64,000 nucleotides of DNA, taken from positions 7,378,001 through 7,442,000 of the forward strand of contig NC_086098.1 in the NCBI RefSeq assembly GCF_963921235.1. Reading direction: 5' to 3'. The DNA is from Mobula hypostoma (taxonomy: Eukaryota). Positions 47,735 to 60,909 of the stretch are shown in pieces. The stretch's first letter is position 1; each line of letters starts with the position of its first letter. Below the pieces are notes generated by a model, which saw only the letters and a program-made list of their open reading frames with translations, ran no database searches and was not told the origin of the DNA. Made by a program: the position numbers and the translations under genes.

Positions 47735-47905
47735 ATGCTGACCTGACAGTTCTCTGTGGTTTCTGTGTATTGTGAGAGAATGCTGCACCAAACCAGACAG
47801 TAATGGCTGATGTGAGGATGCTGTCCGTGATGGCAGTGGAGAATTTCACCAGGATGCTCTCAGTAAGGTGGAATTTTACCAGTACATCCTTGGCCAAGCC
47901 TTTTT
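47735..47905 (-). mobile_element. Rex1/Babar-like LINE fragment
   Basis: The minus ORF reads LVKF..AI.DSILTSAITVWFG....QK.QRTVR. Confidence 0.6.
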
Positions 47906-48567
47906 GTTAATGAAGGTGATAACGAAGGCTCGTGTATCTGAGTGAAGCATATTACTGCTACTGAAGTTAAAAGTTAGAAAACAAGAAATGAGTAAATAAA
48001 CCTTCATCTGATTAGTGAGGACACTGAGTTATCAGTGACAGATGAACAGCATGTACGAAGTCTGCTGATGGTACTGATTGCAAATCAATAAAGATGGGTT
48101 AGATAAGCAGGCAAGAAATAGAATACAAAATGGAGAAATTATGAAGTTATTCACATTTATAGAATGAATAGAAATATTATTTCTTAAATATCGAGACTCT
48201 AGTTAAGAATGTAATAAGACACAAGGCTCTATAATCCTTCAGACCTGAACAGTAAGATCAATAATATAAAGACCAATCTGAGCCAGGCCTCAATTCCATT
48301 TTTCTGTCTAATCTCATACTGAGAAAGTCCCATGTAGCCCATCACAGCTTCGAATAAATACGATGAGTCTCCAGTCTTCATGGGAAAAAAATTTGAAAGA
48401 ATCATGGCCTCTGAAAGAAGAATTCCTCCACAAAATGATTATGAAATGACATAAACATTGCAGATTATAAACACAAGAGATTCTGCAGATTCTGGAAATC
48501 CAGAATAACACACACAAAATGCTGGAGGAACTCAGGAGGCCAAACAGCATCAGTGGAAATGATTGAA

Positions 48568-48605
48568 CAGTCGACGTTTCAGGCCAAGACCCTTCTTCAG
48601 GACTG
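48568..48605 (-). ncRNA. Minimal hammerhead ribozyme motif in a PLE fragment (about 48470-48650)
   Basis: Reverse strand CAGTC-CTGAAGA-AGG(GTCTTGG)CCT-GAAA-C-GTC-GACTG. Confidence 0.72.
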
Positions 48606-48719
48606 GAAAGGAAGGAGGAAGGTGACAGAATAAAAAGGTGGGGGGAGGGGGGATTCTGCATATGCTAGAATTCCAAAGTAACACACAAACACAAAATGCA
48701 GGAAGAACTCAGCAGATCT

Positions 48720-49700
48720 CCTGGATGTGAACATCTCTGAAAATCTATCCTTGGCCCAACATATTGATGCAATTACAAAGAAGGCACGGCAACAGCTATA
48801 TATCTCTGAGAGTTTGAGGAGACTTTGTATTTCACCAATGAATCTTGCAAGTTTCTACTGATGTAACATGGAGAACATTCTAACTGGTTGCATCACCGTT
48901 TCATATGGAGGGGCCACTACACAGAATCAGAAAAAGCTGCAGAAATTTGTAAACTTTGCTTCCTCCATCATGGACATTAGCTTCCCCACCATCCAGGACA
49001 TCTTCAAAAGGTTATGTTTGAAAAAGGTGACATCAATCATTAAGGACATTCATCACCCAGGACGTGCCCTCTTCTCGTTGCTACCACTAGGAAGAGGAAC
49101 AGAAGCCTGAAGAGAAACACTCAGTGTTTGAGGAACAGCTGCTTCCTCTCTGCCATCAGATAGCTGAATAGACAATGAACTCATGGATGCTGTCTGAACA
49201 CCTACGCTCTGTCCGCCAGAGAGAGCAGGATCTCCCAGTGGCCACACATTTTAATTCCACGTCCCATTCCACGTTCTGACATGTCTATCCATGGCCTCCT
49301 CTACTGTCAAGTCTGGTTATCCCCCCTCCCCCTTTTCTTTCTCTCTAGGCCGCCTGTCCCGTGATCCTCTCATATGAGTTAGATATGGCCCTTGTGGCTA
49401 CGGGGGTCAGGGGGTCTGGAGGGAAGGCTGGGGTGGGGTTCTGAGTTGGATGATCAGCCATGATCATAATAAATGGCGGTGCAGGCTCGAAGGGCCGAAT
49501 GGCCTACTCCTGCACCTATTTTCTATGTTTCTATATCACTTATTTTTTCTTTTTTTGCGTTCTTTTTGCACTGCTTATTTAATTTATTTTTCTATTTATA
49601 TTTCTTATTGTAATTTATAGTTTGTTATATTATTATGTTCTGCTGCAGCTAAACAACAGATTTCGCAACATTTACCAATGATATTGAACCTGATCTTGAT
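48720..49700 (+). mobile_element. Rex1/Babar-like LINE 3' fragment with nested PLE (49195-49372) and CR1-A tail (49375-49533)
   Basis: ENILTGCITV.YG..QKKLQK..IIKD.HHPG.ALFSLLP.GR. The nested pieces match other copies in the window. Confidence 0.7.
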
Positions 49701-50754
49701 TCTTGGCCTAAAATGTCGACTGTTTATTCAATTTCCATAGATGCTGCCTGACCTGCTGAGTTCCTCCAGCATTTTGTGTGTATTACTATTTGGGTGGTGT
49801 CGCTACCAAATGAGGTGTAAGGCCCTCCGTTCCTTTGTTGGCCTGCAGGTCACCCTTGGGCGAACAGCTTAGCCTTTCCCACCCCACCCAACCGATGAGT
49901 GTCACATGAAGCCATGGGAACAGGTGGTGGATGGTCATATGGGCAACTGGTGCATATCACAAGCTGGTTATGCGACCACTGATGCCGGCAGAAAATCTCC
50001 GAAGAGCATTGATAATGGCTGGGGTCACCCATCTTGTGAAGACACTGCCCAGAAGAAGGCAATAGCAAACCACTTCTGTAGAAGGTTTTGCCAAGCACAG
50101 TCACGGTCGTGGAAAGACTGATCACCCACGTCATATGACATAGCACATCACGAATGAATGAATTATGAAATAACTTGCCTTACTTCTGCACTCCCCATGA
50201 GGAGAATTATCTTCTTGGTGTTTATCCTGAGAAGAACATCGTCATTCCATTTGCTGCAATAAAATACAAGTGCTTCACTTTTTTTGGAACTTCCAAAGAA
50301 CCCGGATGTGGGAGCTCCAAGTAATGTTGAGACAGCATCAAACATGCAAGGTTATTGATGTTATGAGATTCAGATCTGAAACAAGGAAAATATTTATTAG
50401 TTGCCCAGGCTAACTTCAGAACTGGTGCAACTTCACCTGAAAATAATTGGTAATCCAATTTACAATAAGAGTTCCAGACCAACAAAGAGAAGATGAAAGA
50501 CATTAACCTTCATGTCATTATAGAGAAAGAAATCCTCACTGCTTTTTCATTTTGTGGATGAACTCTTGGTGATGTGGATGCACAAAATGCTGGAGGAACT
50601 CAGCGTGTCAGGTAGCATCTATGGAGGGGAATAAATAGTCAACGTTTCAGACCATGATCCTCAATCAGAACTTGACAGGACGGGGGTAGAAGATAGAATA
50701 AGAAGGATGGGGTGGGGTGGAGGAGAGGTGTACATGCTGGCGGGTAACAGAAAA

Positions 50755-50960
50755 AAAACATAGAAAATAGGTGCAGGAGTAGGCCATTCGGCCCTTCGAG
50801 CCTGCACCGCCATTTATTATGATCATGGCTGATCATCCAACTCAGAACCCTGCACCAGCCTTCCCTCCATACCCTCTGATGCCCCTAGCCACAAGGGCCA
50901 TATCGAACTCCCTCTTAAATATAGCCAATGAACTGGCCTCAACTGTTTCCTGTGGCAGAG
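50755..50960 (-). mobile_element. CR1-A 3' tail fragment within a PLE fragment
   Basis: Reverse complement of about 2883-3090. Confidence 0.85.
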
Positions 50961-52229
50961 ACCAGGTGAGGGTCAAGGGGCCTTTTTAAGAAGGATGTCA
51001 TGTGACTGCTTTCTGAAAAGCAACCATGTTTATAGAGATCATAAACACAAGAGATTCTGCAGATGCTGGAAATCCGAGCAACACACACAAAATGCTGGAG
51101 GAACTCAGCAGGTCAGGCAGCATCTATGGAGACGAGTTAAGAGTCGACATTTCACGCTGAGGCCCTTCATCAGGACTGGAAAGGAAAGGGTGAGAATCGA
51201 GAAGAAGAAGGTAGGGGAGGGGAAGCTGTGGAAACTGGCAGGTGGCAGGTGGCACCAGCTGAGGGGGAAGACGGGTGGGTGGGAGAAGGGGAATGAAGTA
51301 AGAAGCTGGGAGGTGATAGGTGGAAAAGGTAAAGGGCTGAAGGAGAAAGACCTGATAGAAATTTCTTCCTTATGGTGCATCTTTGGTGTTTCTCATCATC
51401 TCTTACATCATCCGCACATTCCAGACCCGCACTACAAGGTTGCTGTGGGAGATGATTGTCTCCTTGGCCAAATTCCAGAGGTTTCTGCAGCAAATTACTT
51501 GCTTAAAGGAACCAAGAAGCCAAGTGTAAACATTGCAACCTGTAGCTTTCGCAATGTGCGTTCTTTATCGGTGTTATTCACCTGAAATTAGTACAAAAAT
51601 AAACAAGTTTCAGATATGCTGTGCACTAATTTTTTTTAAAACGCGTTAGACACTGCTTCCACCCACAAAACTAGTTCCAACCAGATTGAATTAATCACCA
51701 GTGCAAATTTCCACTAATTATGCTCATTTGTGGGTCTCTGAGGAAGCTCGGCAGATTAAATTCTGAGCGCAGACATAAAAAACTGAAACGTAATTTTTAC
51801 TTAATTTACTGGGAAACAGAACAGCAGACCAAAATGACACTGCAAAAGTCTTTTTGTACATTCTTCTGAAGTGTTTTATTCTTAGTTTCTTCACAATCAG
51901 ATTATTCTCGGGCAGTAAACAGAGCTGCATATTTTGCTGATGAGACCAATTTCGGCATTTTTGAGGTACATTGAGGAATTATTATTTCAGTTCACCTCCA
52001 AAAAAAAGGTTATGATTTACTTGTACATCCACTCATGAGCAGACAATTAAAGTTGGTGCACATGCGCTGTTGTTTTTATCTGAAATATCTGTCTCGAAAC
52101 ATGTTGGCAGCGGTGGGTCTCGGAAAATTGCTTTTTTCAACCGCAGTGCCCGATTTTTTCAACTTGCAGTTGGCAGCGTAATAATAGCGCAACTCTGAAA
52201 CATCGGAGGGTGAGTGTAAGAGTAGAACA

Positions 52230-53027
52230 ATGTTGACTGAGAGGAGCAACCAGCCACAAATAGAGACGGGTGCAGCAGCAGTGCCTGGAGGTGAGACAGC
52301 AGAATCTCAGTGGCACCCAGCACCCGCGGGTGACCCCGTGCCGGGGGACCATGGTCGGGGCGGAAGTCCTCCCGCAGTCAGCGGCATCCGCCCGCCACCG
52401 GCCGTGATGGTCAACTGTGGAGTGATAGACGGATGGAAGACATGGCGGCAGATGTGGACTCACTACAGTGTCGTAGCACAACCACACGAACCAGTTCCAG
52501 CATACCAGACGGCATTGTTTTTACAGACAATTGGACCATCAGGACTTGAGGCCTACAACAGTTTTGTGTTCGCAGATGAGGCTGAAGGCCAAGACCTCAC
52601 AAAGATTTTAGCTGCATTTGACAGATATGCTATCGGTGAGAAAAATGAGACATACGAACAGTACTTGTTCAACAAGCAGCAACAAGAACAAGGTGAGACC
52701 TTTGAATCGTTTCTTGCCAGCCTTAGATCTCTTGCAAAGACATGTAATTTTTGCTCGTGTTTCTCAGACAGTCTGCTGAGAGACAAGATCGTACTGGGCA
52801 TTAACGACTCCCAAACCAGAAAACGTCTGTTACAAGAGAGAAAGCTATCGTTCAATGACTGTAAAACATCTGTAAAAGCACAGAAATGGCTGAATCACAC
52901 CTACAGGCATTCAGTACAGCTGCAGAGAGCAGGTCCACTACTGTCCATGGGATTAAACCTCGCACTAACAAGAAAGGCTCAAAGCATCCTGGACAGTCGG
53001 CTAGTGCTAGTGGTGGAGCCAGAGTAA
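52230..53027 (+). pseudogene. Gypsy gag (frameshifted near 52860)
   Basis: W..W...W..Y..FLQTIG..E.YLFN..Q..GE.F..FL..LR.LA..CNF..LLRDKIVLGI.D...R.RLL is a Mag/K02A2.6-type gag pattern. Confidence 0.8.
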
Positions 53028-53177
53028 AAGGCACCTTGAACAGCCACACTGAGTTTATGGACAATGTCATACTGGTGGTCAACAGTCTGAAGACAAAGGA
53101 TGACGTATTCGCACAGACGCTCATCACTGGAAAGCCAACAGACTTCCAAGTTGACAGCGGGATGAGCATTAACATTT

Positions 53178-54312
53178 TAGAAACATAGAAAATAGGTGCA
53201 GGAGTAGGCCATTCGGCCCTTCGAGCCTGCACTGCCATTTATTATGATCATGGCTGATCATCCAACTCAGAACCCCACCCCAGCCTTCCCTCCATACCCC
53301 CTGACCCCTGTAGCCACAAGGGCCATATCTAACTCCCTCTTAAACATAGCCAATGAACTGGCCTCAACAGTTTCCTGTGGCAAAGAATTCCACAGATTCA
53401 CCACTCTCTGTGTGAAGAAGTTTTTCCTAATCTCGGTCCTAAAAGGCTTCCCCTCTATCCTCAAACTGTGACCCCTCGTTCTGGACTTCCCCAACATCGG
53501 GAACAACCTTCCTGCATCTAGCCTGTCCAATCCCTTTAGGATCTTATACGTTTCAATCAGATCCCCCCTCAATCTTCTAAATTCCAACGAGTACAAGCCC
53601 AGTTCATCCAGTCTTTCTTCATATGAAAGTCCTGCCATCCCAGGAATCAATCAGGTGAACCTTCTTTGTACTCCCTCTATGGCAAAGATGTCTTTCCTCA
53701 GATTAGGGGACCAAAACTGCACACAATACTCCAGGTGTGGTCTCACCAAGGCCTTGTACAACTGCAGTAGTACCTCCCTGCTCCTGTACTCGAATCCTCT
53801 CGCTATAAATGCCAGCATACCATTCGCCTTTTTCACCGCCTGCTGTACCTGCATGCCCACTTTCAATGACTGGTGTATAATGACACCCAGATCTCGTTGC
53901 ACCTCCCCTTTTCCTAATCGGCCACCATTCAGATAATAATCTGTTTTCCTATTTTTGCCACCAAAGTGGATAACTTCACATTTATCCACATTAAATTGCA
54001 TCTGCCATGAGTTTGCCCACTCACCCAACCTATCCAAGTCACCCTGCATCCTCTTAGCATCCTCCTCACTGCTAACACTGCCACCCAGCTTCGTGTCATC
54101 CGCAAACTTGGAGATGCTGCATTTAATTCCCTCATCCAAGTCATTAATATATATTGTAAACAACTGGGGTCCCAGCACTGAGCCTTGCGGTACCCCACTA
54201 GTCACCGCCTGTCATTCTGAAAAGGTCCCGTTTATTCCCACTCTTTGCTTCCTGTCTGCTAACCAATTCTCTATCCACATCAATACCTTACCCCCAATAC
54301 CGTGTGCTTTAT
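53178..54312 (-). mobile_element. CR1-A 3' fragment inserted in the Gypsy protease
   Basis: Near-identical reverse complement of about 1958-3090. It interrupts QVDSGMSINIL|SIC. Confidence 0.95.
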
Positions 54313-57300
54313 CAATCTGCACTTTCAATTTTACCCCACAAATACTTGGAGGGAGTAGACCACACACTAATACAATGCACGAAAAAGCCAATGATGTGGA
54401 ACAAGACCACCATGAATGCGGAAGGGATGTGCAGAGTGAAATTGAGAACAGCAAGTATTCTGTCGAATTTGTCGTGGTCACCAATGACTTTACACCATTG
54501 CTGGGGAGCAGGGCCAGCCAGCAAATGAAGCTGATTACGGTCATCGATGACAACTTTCGCAGGGTGCATGCATCTACACTTAAAGAAAAACAATGCACAC
54601 CAGAAGAACATTATGCAGAGGTGTTCGATGATGCACTCGGAGCTTCCGAGTGCAGCCCACCTGCAGATTGATGAGGAAGGTCAACCCACAGTGTCACACC
54701 CACGACGTCTACCTCACACTATGAAGCGGAAAGTGAAAGCTGAGCTTGATCAACTGGTAGACAGCAAGGTGATGGCTCCAGTCCATGAACCTACAAGGTG
54801 GGTTAGCCAGTGAGTGTTTGCAGAGAAGAATGGCAATCTTCGTATATGCATCGACCCTCGACCACTGGACAAAGCGCTGAGGAGAGAACACTACCCCCTT
54901 CCGGTGATAGAGGATATTTTGTCAGATCTTGACCGGGCTAAGGTTTTCAGCAAGCTTGATAAGAGTTTTGCATTCTGGCAAGTGAAATTGGACAGTGAAT
55001 CAAGCATGCTCACCACTTTCAACACACCTTTCGGGCAGTATAGATGGCTCAGACTTCCGTTTGGAACCAGTGTTTCAGCAGAGATCTTCCAGCGCAGGCT
55101 GCATCGGGTGCTGGAAAGATTATCGGGAGTGATCTGTGTCGCAGACGACATTCTGATGTACGGAAAAGGGGAAACGCAGGAAAAGGCGATCACCAATCAC
55201 GATGTGAAACTTGAGCAGCTATTACAGCCCTTGTGCAGGGCAGCATATCAGGCTCAACCAAAACAAATCTGTCTTCAGAGCGACAGAGATACCCTTTTTG
55301 GGGCATCTCATCACAAATGAGGGACTTCAGTCTGATCCTAAAAAGGTCCCTGACGTTCTCAACATGTCAGCACCCACAGATGTGCAGGGAGTACCGCGAT
55401 TGATCGGATCTGTCAACTACCTGAGCTGTTTTCTACCAAGTCTCTCAGATACCCTTGAGCCAATAAGACAGCTGACAAAACCAGATGTAGCACGGGAGTG
55501 GTCAGCTGAGCAGCAAAACGCTCTCTCCAAGATCAAGCAGATGGTATCCGAATCACCGGTGTTAGCATACTACAATTCTAAGGAAGAGCTAACCATCCAA
55601 TCTGACGCCAGCGAACAAAGGCCTAGGGGCAGCACTCCCCCAGAATGGACGTCCGATCGCATACGCAAGCAGAGCGCTAACGGACACAGAAACACATTAC
55701 GCAGCGATCGAAAAGGAAATGCTCGCAATCATTTTCGCACTGAGCATTTTCATCAGTACACTTTTGGCCGCTTCACAAGAGTACTCAGTGATCACAAGCC
55801 GCTCGAAATGATAAGTTAAGAAACCATTGGTGAAGGCACCAAAGCGCCTACAGCTTCTTCGCCCGCAGAGCTATGACTCCGACATCACCTACTGTCAAGG
55901 AAGGCTCATGTACCTCGCGGATACGCTATGGTGAGCAGTTAGCCGTACTCCAGGTCAGGAGAGCAGCTTCGATGAAGTCAACATGCTATCGCACCTGCAA
56001 ATCCGCGATGAGCGTCCAGAGCAGATTCGCACAGAAACAGCGAAAGATGACACACACTACAGATGTTGAAACGCGTTATCATCAGTGGATGGCCGAGCGA
56101 ACGTGACACGCTACCAGAGCAACTCAGACCTTACTATAGCTATAGGGCTGAGCTCGCAGTCCAAGACGGCTTAATCTTCAAAGGCGTGCATGTCACCATA
56201 CCGCAAAGTGAGTGAAAGCAAATAAAGGAAAGAATTCATTTGTCACACTTGGGCGTAGAAGGATGCCTCAGATGCGCACGCGAATGTCTTTTTTGGCCGG
56301 GCATGAGCGGCGACATCGAGCAATATATTGCTACATGTGATGTTTGTCGCACATAGGAAATGAGTCAGCAGAAAGAATCGCTTACGAGTCATGAGGTACC
56401 TGCTCGGCCGTGGGAAAAGATAGGTACTGACCTGTTTACATTCGAAGGAAAAGAGTACCTCGTCACCGTTGATTACTACAGCAATTTCTTCGAGGTAGAT
56501 CTTCTTTATTTATACAACCAGCACAGCCGTTATTTGCAAATTGACGGCTCATTTTGCGAGATATGGTAGCCCAACACAAGTGGTTAGTGATAATGGGCCA
56601 CAATACACGTCAGCAGAGTTTCACAGATTTGCACGAGAATGGGATTTTGAGCAGCCCCAGAACGAATGGAAAAGCGGAATCGGCAGTTAAAACAGCTAAG
56701 CGGATCCTCACAAAGAGCAACAAATCGCGAGCAGATCCCTGCCTCGCACTTCTAGACCGTGGCAACACACCTTGGCAAGGGCTCAGCACGGGTCCTGCCC
56801 AGCGGCTGATGAATCGCCGCACACGGACGCTCCTGCCTACAACAGCGAGCTTACTGGAACCCAGAGTTGTACGCGAACGCGGGCGGATGAAACAACGCGT
56901 CCAGCGGCAGGCCGACAACGACAACAAATCAGCCAAAGATCTTGCCCCACTCGACGAAGGGGATACCGTGCACATGCAGCCCCTGGTGCAAGGTCAGAAG
57001 AACTGGGAGAAAGCGATTGTGTGTCGGCGCCTTGATGAGCGTTCATATGTAGTTCAAACCCCTTCTGGGATCTACCGCCGTAATCGCACACATCTACGAA
57101 AGACGGCTGAGGAACTGCCTAGAAAGCTAATCACATATGAACAGGCAAGACTAGGTCAACCAACCGAGATCAATGACCACAATGTGCCTAGGGCATCAAA
57201 TGCACACAGCCAAACACTAGCAGAAGCTAATGACACAACACAAACGTTGAAACATGCAAGTAACAAACAACAGGATTCAGACAAAACAGTAAAAACTCGT

Positions 57301-57354
57301 TCTGGCCGCACAGTGAAAAAGCCACAATGTCTAGAAGACTTTGTCCCACATTGA
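54312..57354 (+). pseudogene. Gypsy pol (RT, RNase H, integrase), multiple frameshifts and stops
   Basis: ORFs 54814-55320, 55211-55819, 56360-56569 and 56554-57354 carry canonical motifs. Confidence 0.9.
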
Positions 57355-57561
57355 ATAATTGCATGAACAATTGAACACTAAGTCTATGACACTATTTGGC
57401 ATTTTAATGTCATGTTTATACCCAAAGAAGGACTGTGTCCTATCTGAGGTTGTGTAGTTTGTAGTTGAAGTTAAAGTCGAATTTTAGTATGTTTTATATT
57501 TTGTATATATGCTCATACAAACGGAAATAATGAGTATTTGTGATAGGCATAAGAGACATAA

Positions 57562-57870
57562 TAATAGGCATCCGTTAGTCTCATGAGATCATGGATTTGC
57601 ACCTTGCAAGGTTTCCAGGGCGTAGGCCTGGGCAAGGTTGTATGGAAGACCGGCAGTTGCCCATGCTGCAAGTCTCCCCTCTCCACGACACCGATATTGT
57701 CCAAGGGAAGGGCATTAGGACCCATACAGCTTGGCACCAGTGTCATCGCAGAGCAATGTGTGGTTAAGTGCCTTGCTCAAGGACACAACACGTTACCTCA
57801 GCCAAGACTCAAACTAGCGACCTTCAGATCACTAGACGAATGCCTTAACCACTTGGCCACACGCCAACAC
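57562..57870 (-). mobile_element. Full-length tRNA-derived SINE
   Basis: 14-bp TSD CATAAGAGACATAA (57548-57561 / 57871-57884). The minus-strand head has A box TGGCCAAGTGG and B-box-like GTTTGAGTC, and the tail is (TAT)n. Confidence 0.88.
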
Positions 57871-58344
57871 CATAAGAGACATAAGGCATGATCAATGAAT
57901 CCTTTAAAAGTTAATTCCATGAAAATACGCTGGAAAGCAGACCAGAAAAATTAAATTTAATTGTTAATACAATTGTTACTTTTCTTTGTTTTGATAAAAA
58001 GGAGGATGTTATGATATACTTGTACATGCACTCGTGAGCAGACGATTAAAGCTGGTGTGCATGCGCAGTTGTTTTACCTGAAGTATTTGTCTCGAAACAA
58101 AATACATTTCAGAAAGATGCCTGATTGTGCTGACTCATGCAAGATGTCTTATTTGGCAACACACAAGTATTTAGAAGTGGAAAGTTAAGAATGTCAAACA
58201 CTGTACTAAATAGCACACAATACAGTTTGCATTGCAAACACTTAATGCACCCTGAACTCTGCACATTGGCTTTCCTGGCTATTTTGAAATCAGACATACC
58301 ATCTTCCATTCACAATACTAAGCACTGTTCTGCACGCTGTTATG

Positions 58345-59165
58345 CAATGATTACTCAGCTCTGGGACATTTACTCACCTCTGCAACGATTGCTCAGCTCA
58401 GCAATAGTTACTCAGGTCTGTGACGATTACTCAGCTTTGCGACGATTACTCAGCTCTGTGATGATTACTCAGCTCTGGGACATTCACTCAGCTCTGTGAC
58501 AATTACTCACCTCTGTGACAATTACTCACCTCTGTGACGATTACTCAGCTCAGCGACGGTTACTCACCTCTGTGACGGTTACTCACCTCTGTGACAATTA
58601 CTCAACTCTGTGACGATTACTCACCTCTGCGACGATTACTCAGCTCTGCGATGTTTACGATGTTTACTCAGCTCTGTGACGATTACTCACCTCTGCGACG
58701 ATTATTCAGCTCTGCGATGTTTACTCAGCTCAGCAATGGTTACTCACCTCTGTGACGATTACTCACCTCTGTGACAATTACTCAACTCTGTGACGATTAC
58801 TCACCTCTGCGACGATTACTCAGCTCTGCGATGTTTACGATGTTTACTCAGCTCTGTGACGATTACTCACCTCTGTGACAATTACTCAACTCTGTGACGA
58901 TTACTCACCTCTGCGACGATTACTCAGCTCTGCGATGTTTACGATGTTTACTCAGCTCTGTGACGATTACTCACCTCTGCGACGATTACTCAGCTCTGCG
59001 ATGTTTACGATGTTTACTCACCTCTGTGACCATTATTCAGCTCTGCGATGTTTACTCAGCTCAGCAATGGTTACTCAGCTCTGGGACGATTACTCAGCTC
59101 TGGGACGTTCACTCACTTCTGTGACGTTTACTCACCTCTGTGACGATTACTGAGCTCTGCGCTCA
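58345..59165. repeat. 19-bp minisatellite (GATTACTCA[C/G]CTCTG[T/C]GAC), about 800 bp
   Basis: Anchors at 58501, 58520 and 58539. Variant units with a GATGTTTAC duplication recur. Confidence 0.93.
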
Positions 59166-59881
59166 GCTGAGGCAGCGGCCTGTTCCAGCTGTGGTGATGC
59201 TTGGCTTTGTGTCTTTTGTAAAATGTCACTTCTGTATGCTAGTTGCTTACTTCTATTGTTTGCACGATTTGTGCTTTTTTCTGTACTTTGGGTGTTTGAT
59301 GGTTTTTTTTAATGGGTTCTATTGGATTTCTTTGTTTTGTGACTGCCTGTAAGGATATGAATCTCATGGTTATGTAATGTATACATACTTTGATAATAAA
59401 TGTTCTTTGAACTTTGAACTGTTCTTTTCACCTTGAGTGGGACACCGCTGGTCACACCTCTCTAAACTTCTTTTACCCCCAAACGGGACATCCTGGACAT
59501 CTCCCACTTGGCTTCTCCCATCTGCTAAGCACAGCGGTGGTTTAAAGAGTCACGGGTATATTCTATACCTGTTCTGTTTCTTTTTTTTATACCTGATCAA
59601 ATTTTCATTATCTATTATTTTTATTTTTTATTCAGAGTTACAACATGGAAACAGGCCCTTGCAGCCAGACTGTACAACTACCCCGATGTGACCAGTTAAC
59701 CAGCACGTCTTTGGAATGTGGAAGGAAACCTGAGCACCATGCAGTCACGGTGAGAAGGTACTAACTGCCTTACAGACAGTGCTGGGAATGGAATCCAGGT
59801 CACTGGCTAATCACTACTCTACTGTGCCTCCTTACGAAAGCACGTCCATCAATATCCTTTGTCAATCAAGATTACCAAATC

Positions 59882-60695
59882 ATAAATGTGAGGTTATCCA
59901 CTTTGGTGGTAAGAACGGGAAGGCAGATTATTATCTAAATGGAGTCAAGTTAGGAAAAGGGGAAGCACAACGAGATCTAGGTGTTCTTGTGTATCAGTCA
60001 CTGAAAGCAAGCACGCAAGTACAGCAGGCAGTGAAGAAAGCTAATGGCATGCTGGCCTTCATAACAAGGGGAATTGAGTATAAGAGCAAAGAGGTCCTTC
60101 TGCAGCTGTACAGGGCCCTGGTGAGACCACACCTAGAGTACTGTGTGCAGTTTTGGTCTCCAAATTTGAGGAAGGACATTCTTGCTATTGAGGGAGTGCA
60201 GCGTAGGTTCACAAGGTTAATTCCTGGGATGGCGGGACTGTCATATGTCGAAAGATTGGAGCGACTGGGCTTGTATACTCTGGAATTTAGAAGGATGAGA
60301 GGGGATCTTATTGAAACAGATAAAATTATTGAGGGATTGGACATGCTACAGGCAGGAAGCATGTTCCCGCTGATGGGTGAGTCCAGAACCAGAGGCCACA
60401 GTTTAAGAATTAGGGGTAGGCCATTTAGAACGGAGTTGAGGAAAAACTTTTTCACCCAGAGAGTGGTGGATATGTGGAATGCTCTGCCCCAGAAGGCTGT
60501 GGAAGCCAAGACTCTGGATGCTTTCAAGAAAGAGATGGATAGAGCTCTTAAAGATAGCGGAATCAAAGGTTATGAGGATAAGGCAGGAACTGGATACTGA
60601 TTGTGGATGATCAGCCATGATCACAGTGAATGGCGGTGCTGGGCTCGAAGGGCCGAATGGCCTACTCCTGCACCTATTGTCTATTGTCTATTGTT
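59882..60695 (+). mobile_element. CR1 subfamily 'C' 3' fragment
   Basis: Open ORF2 C-terminus (KCEVIHFG..RPHLEYCVQFWSP..FFTQRVV) and a (CTATTGT)n tail. Confidence 0.93.
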
Positions 60696-60909
60696 TATGC
60701 CATCTTTTCCCCTTCACCCTTACAGAACCATGATGGTCCACAACTCTTACTGAATCTTTTTAAAAAGATTCCTACTTGTCAGCTGCCATTTTACCTACAA
60801 GCATCCACTCCCAATCTACTTTTGCAAAGTCCTCTCTTATGCTATTCAAATCAGCTTTCCCCTTATTCAAGGCACTAACTTGGGGAGCATCGTTAACCTG
60901 CTTAACTAG

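Larger units (their letters stand above)
52008..58099 (+). mobile_element. Ty3/Gypsy (Mag-like) provirus with very short LTRs, decayed
   Basis: LTRs 52008-52101 and 58007-58099, PBS TGTTGGCAGCGGTGGG, PPT AAAAAGGAGGA. gag (52230-52900), protease FQVDSG, RT (LRICIDPRPL, RLPFG, VADDIL), RNase H (IQSDAS, SDHKPL) and integrase (PWEKIGTDLF, NGKAESAVK) are recognisable. Confidence 0.92.

Noticed and set aside
52230..53027. Domesticated gag gene
   Set aside because: It lies inside an LTR-bounded provirus, is frameshifted, and its pol is riddled with stops.
57800..57870. tRNA gene (also 13818-13885)
   Set aside because: These are A/B-box heads of SINEs. The 57.8-kb copy has a tail and TSD, and neither gives a convincing cloverleaf.
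58345..59165. ORFs with repeated LCDDYS motifs; CRISPR-like look
   Set aside because: This is a simple 19-bp tandem repeat with no spacers, and the ORFs are repeat artefacts.
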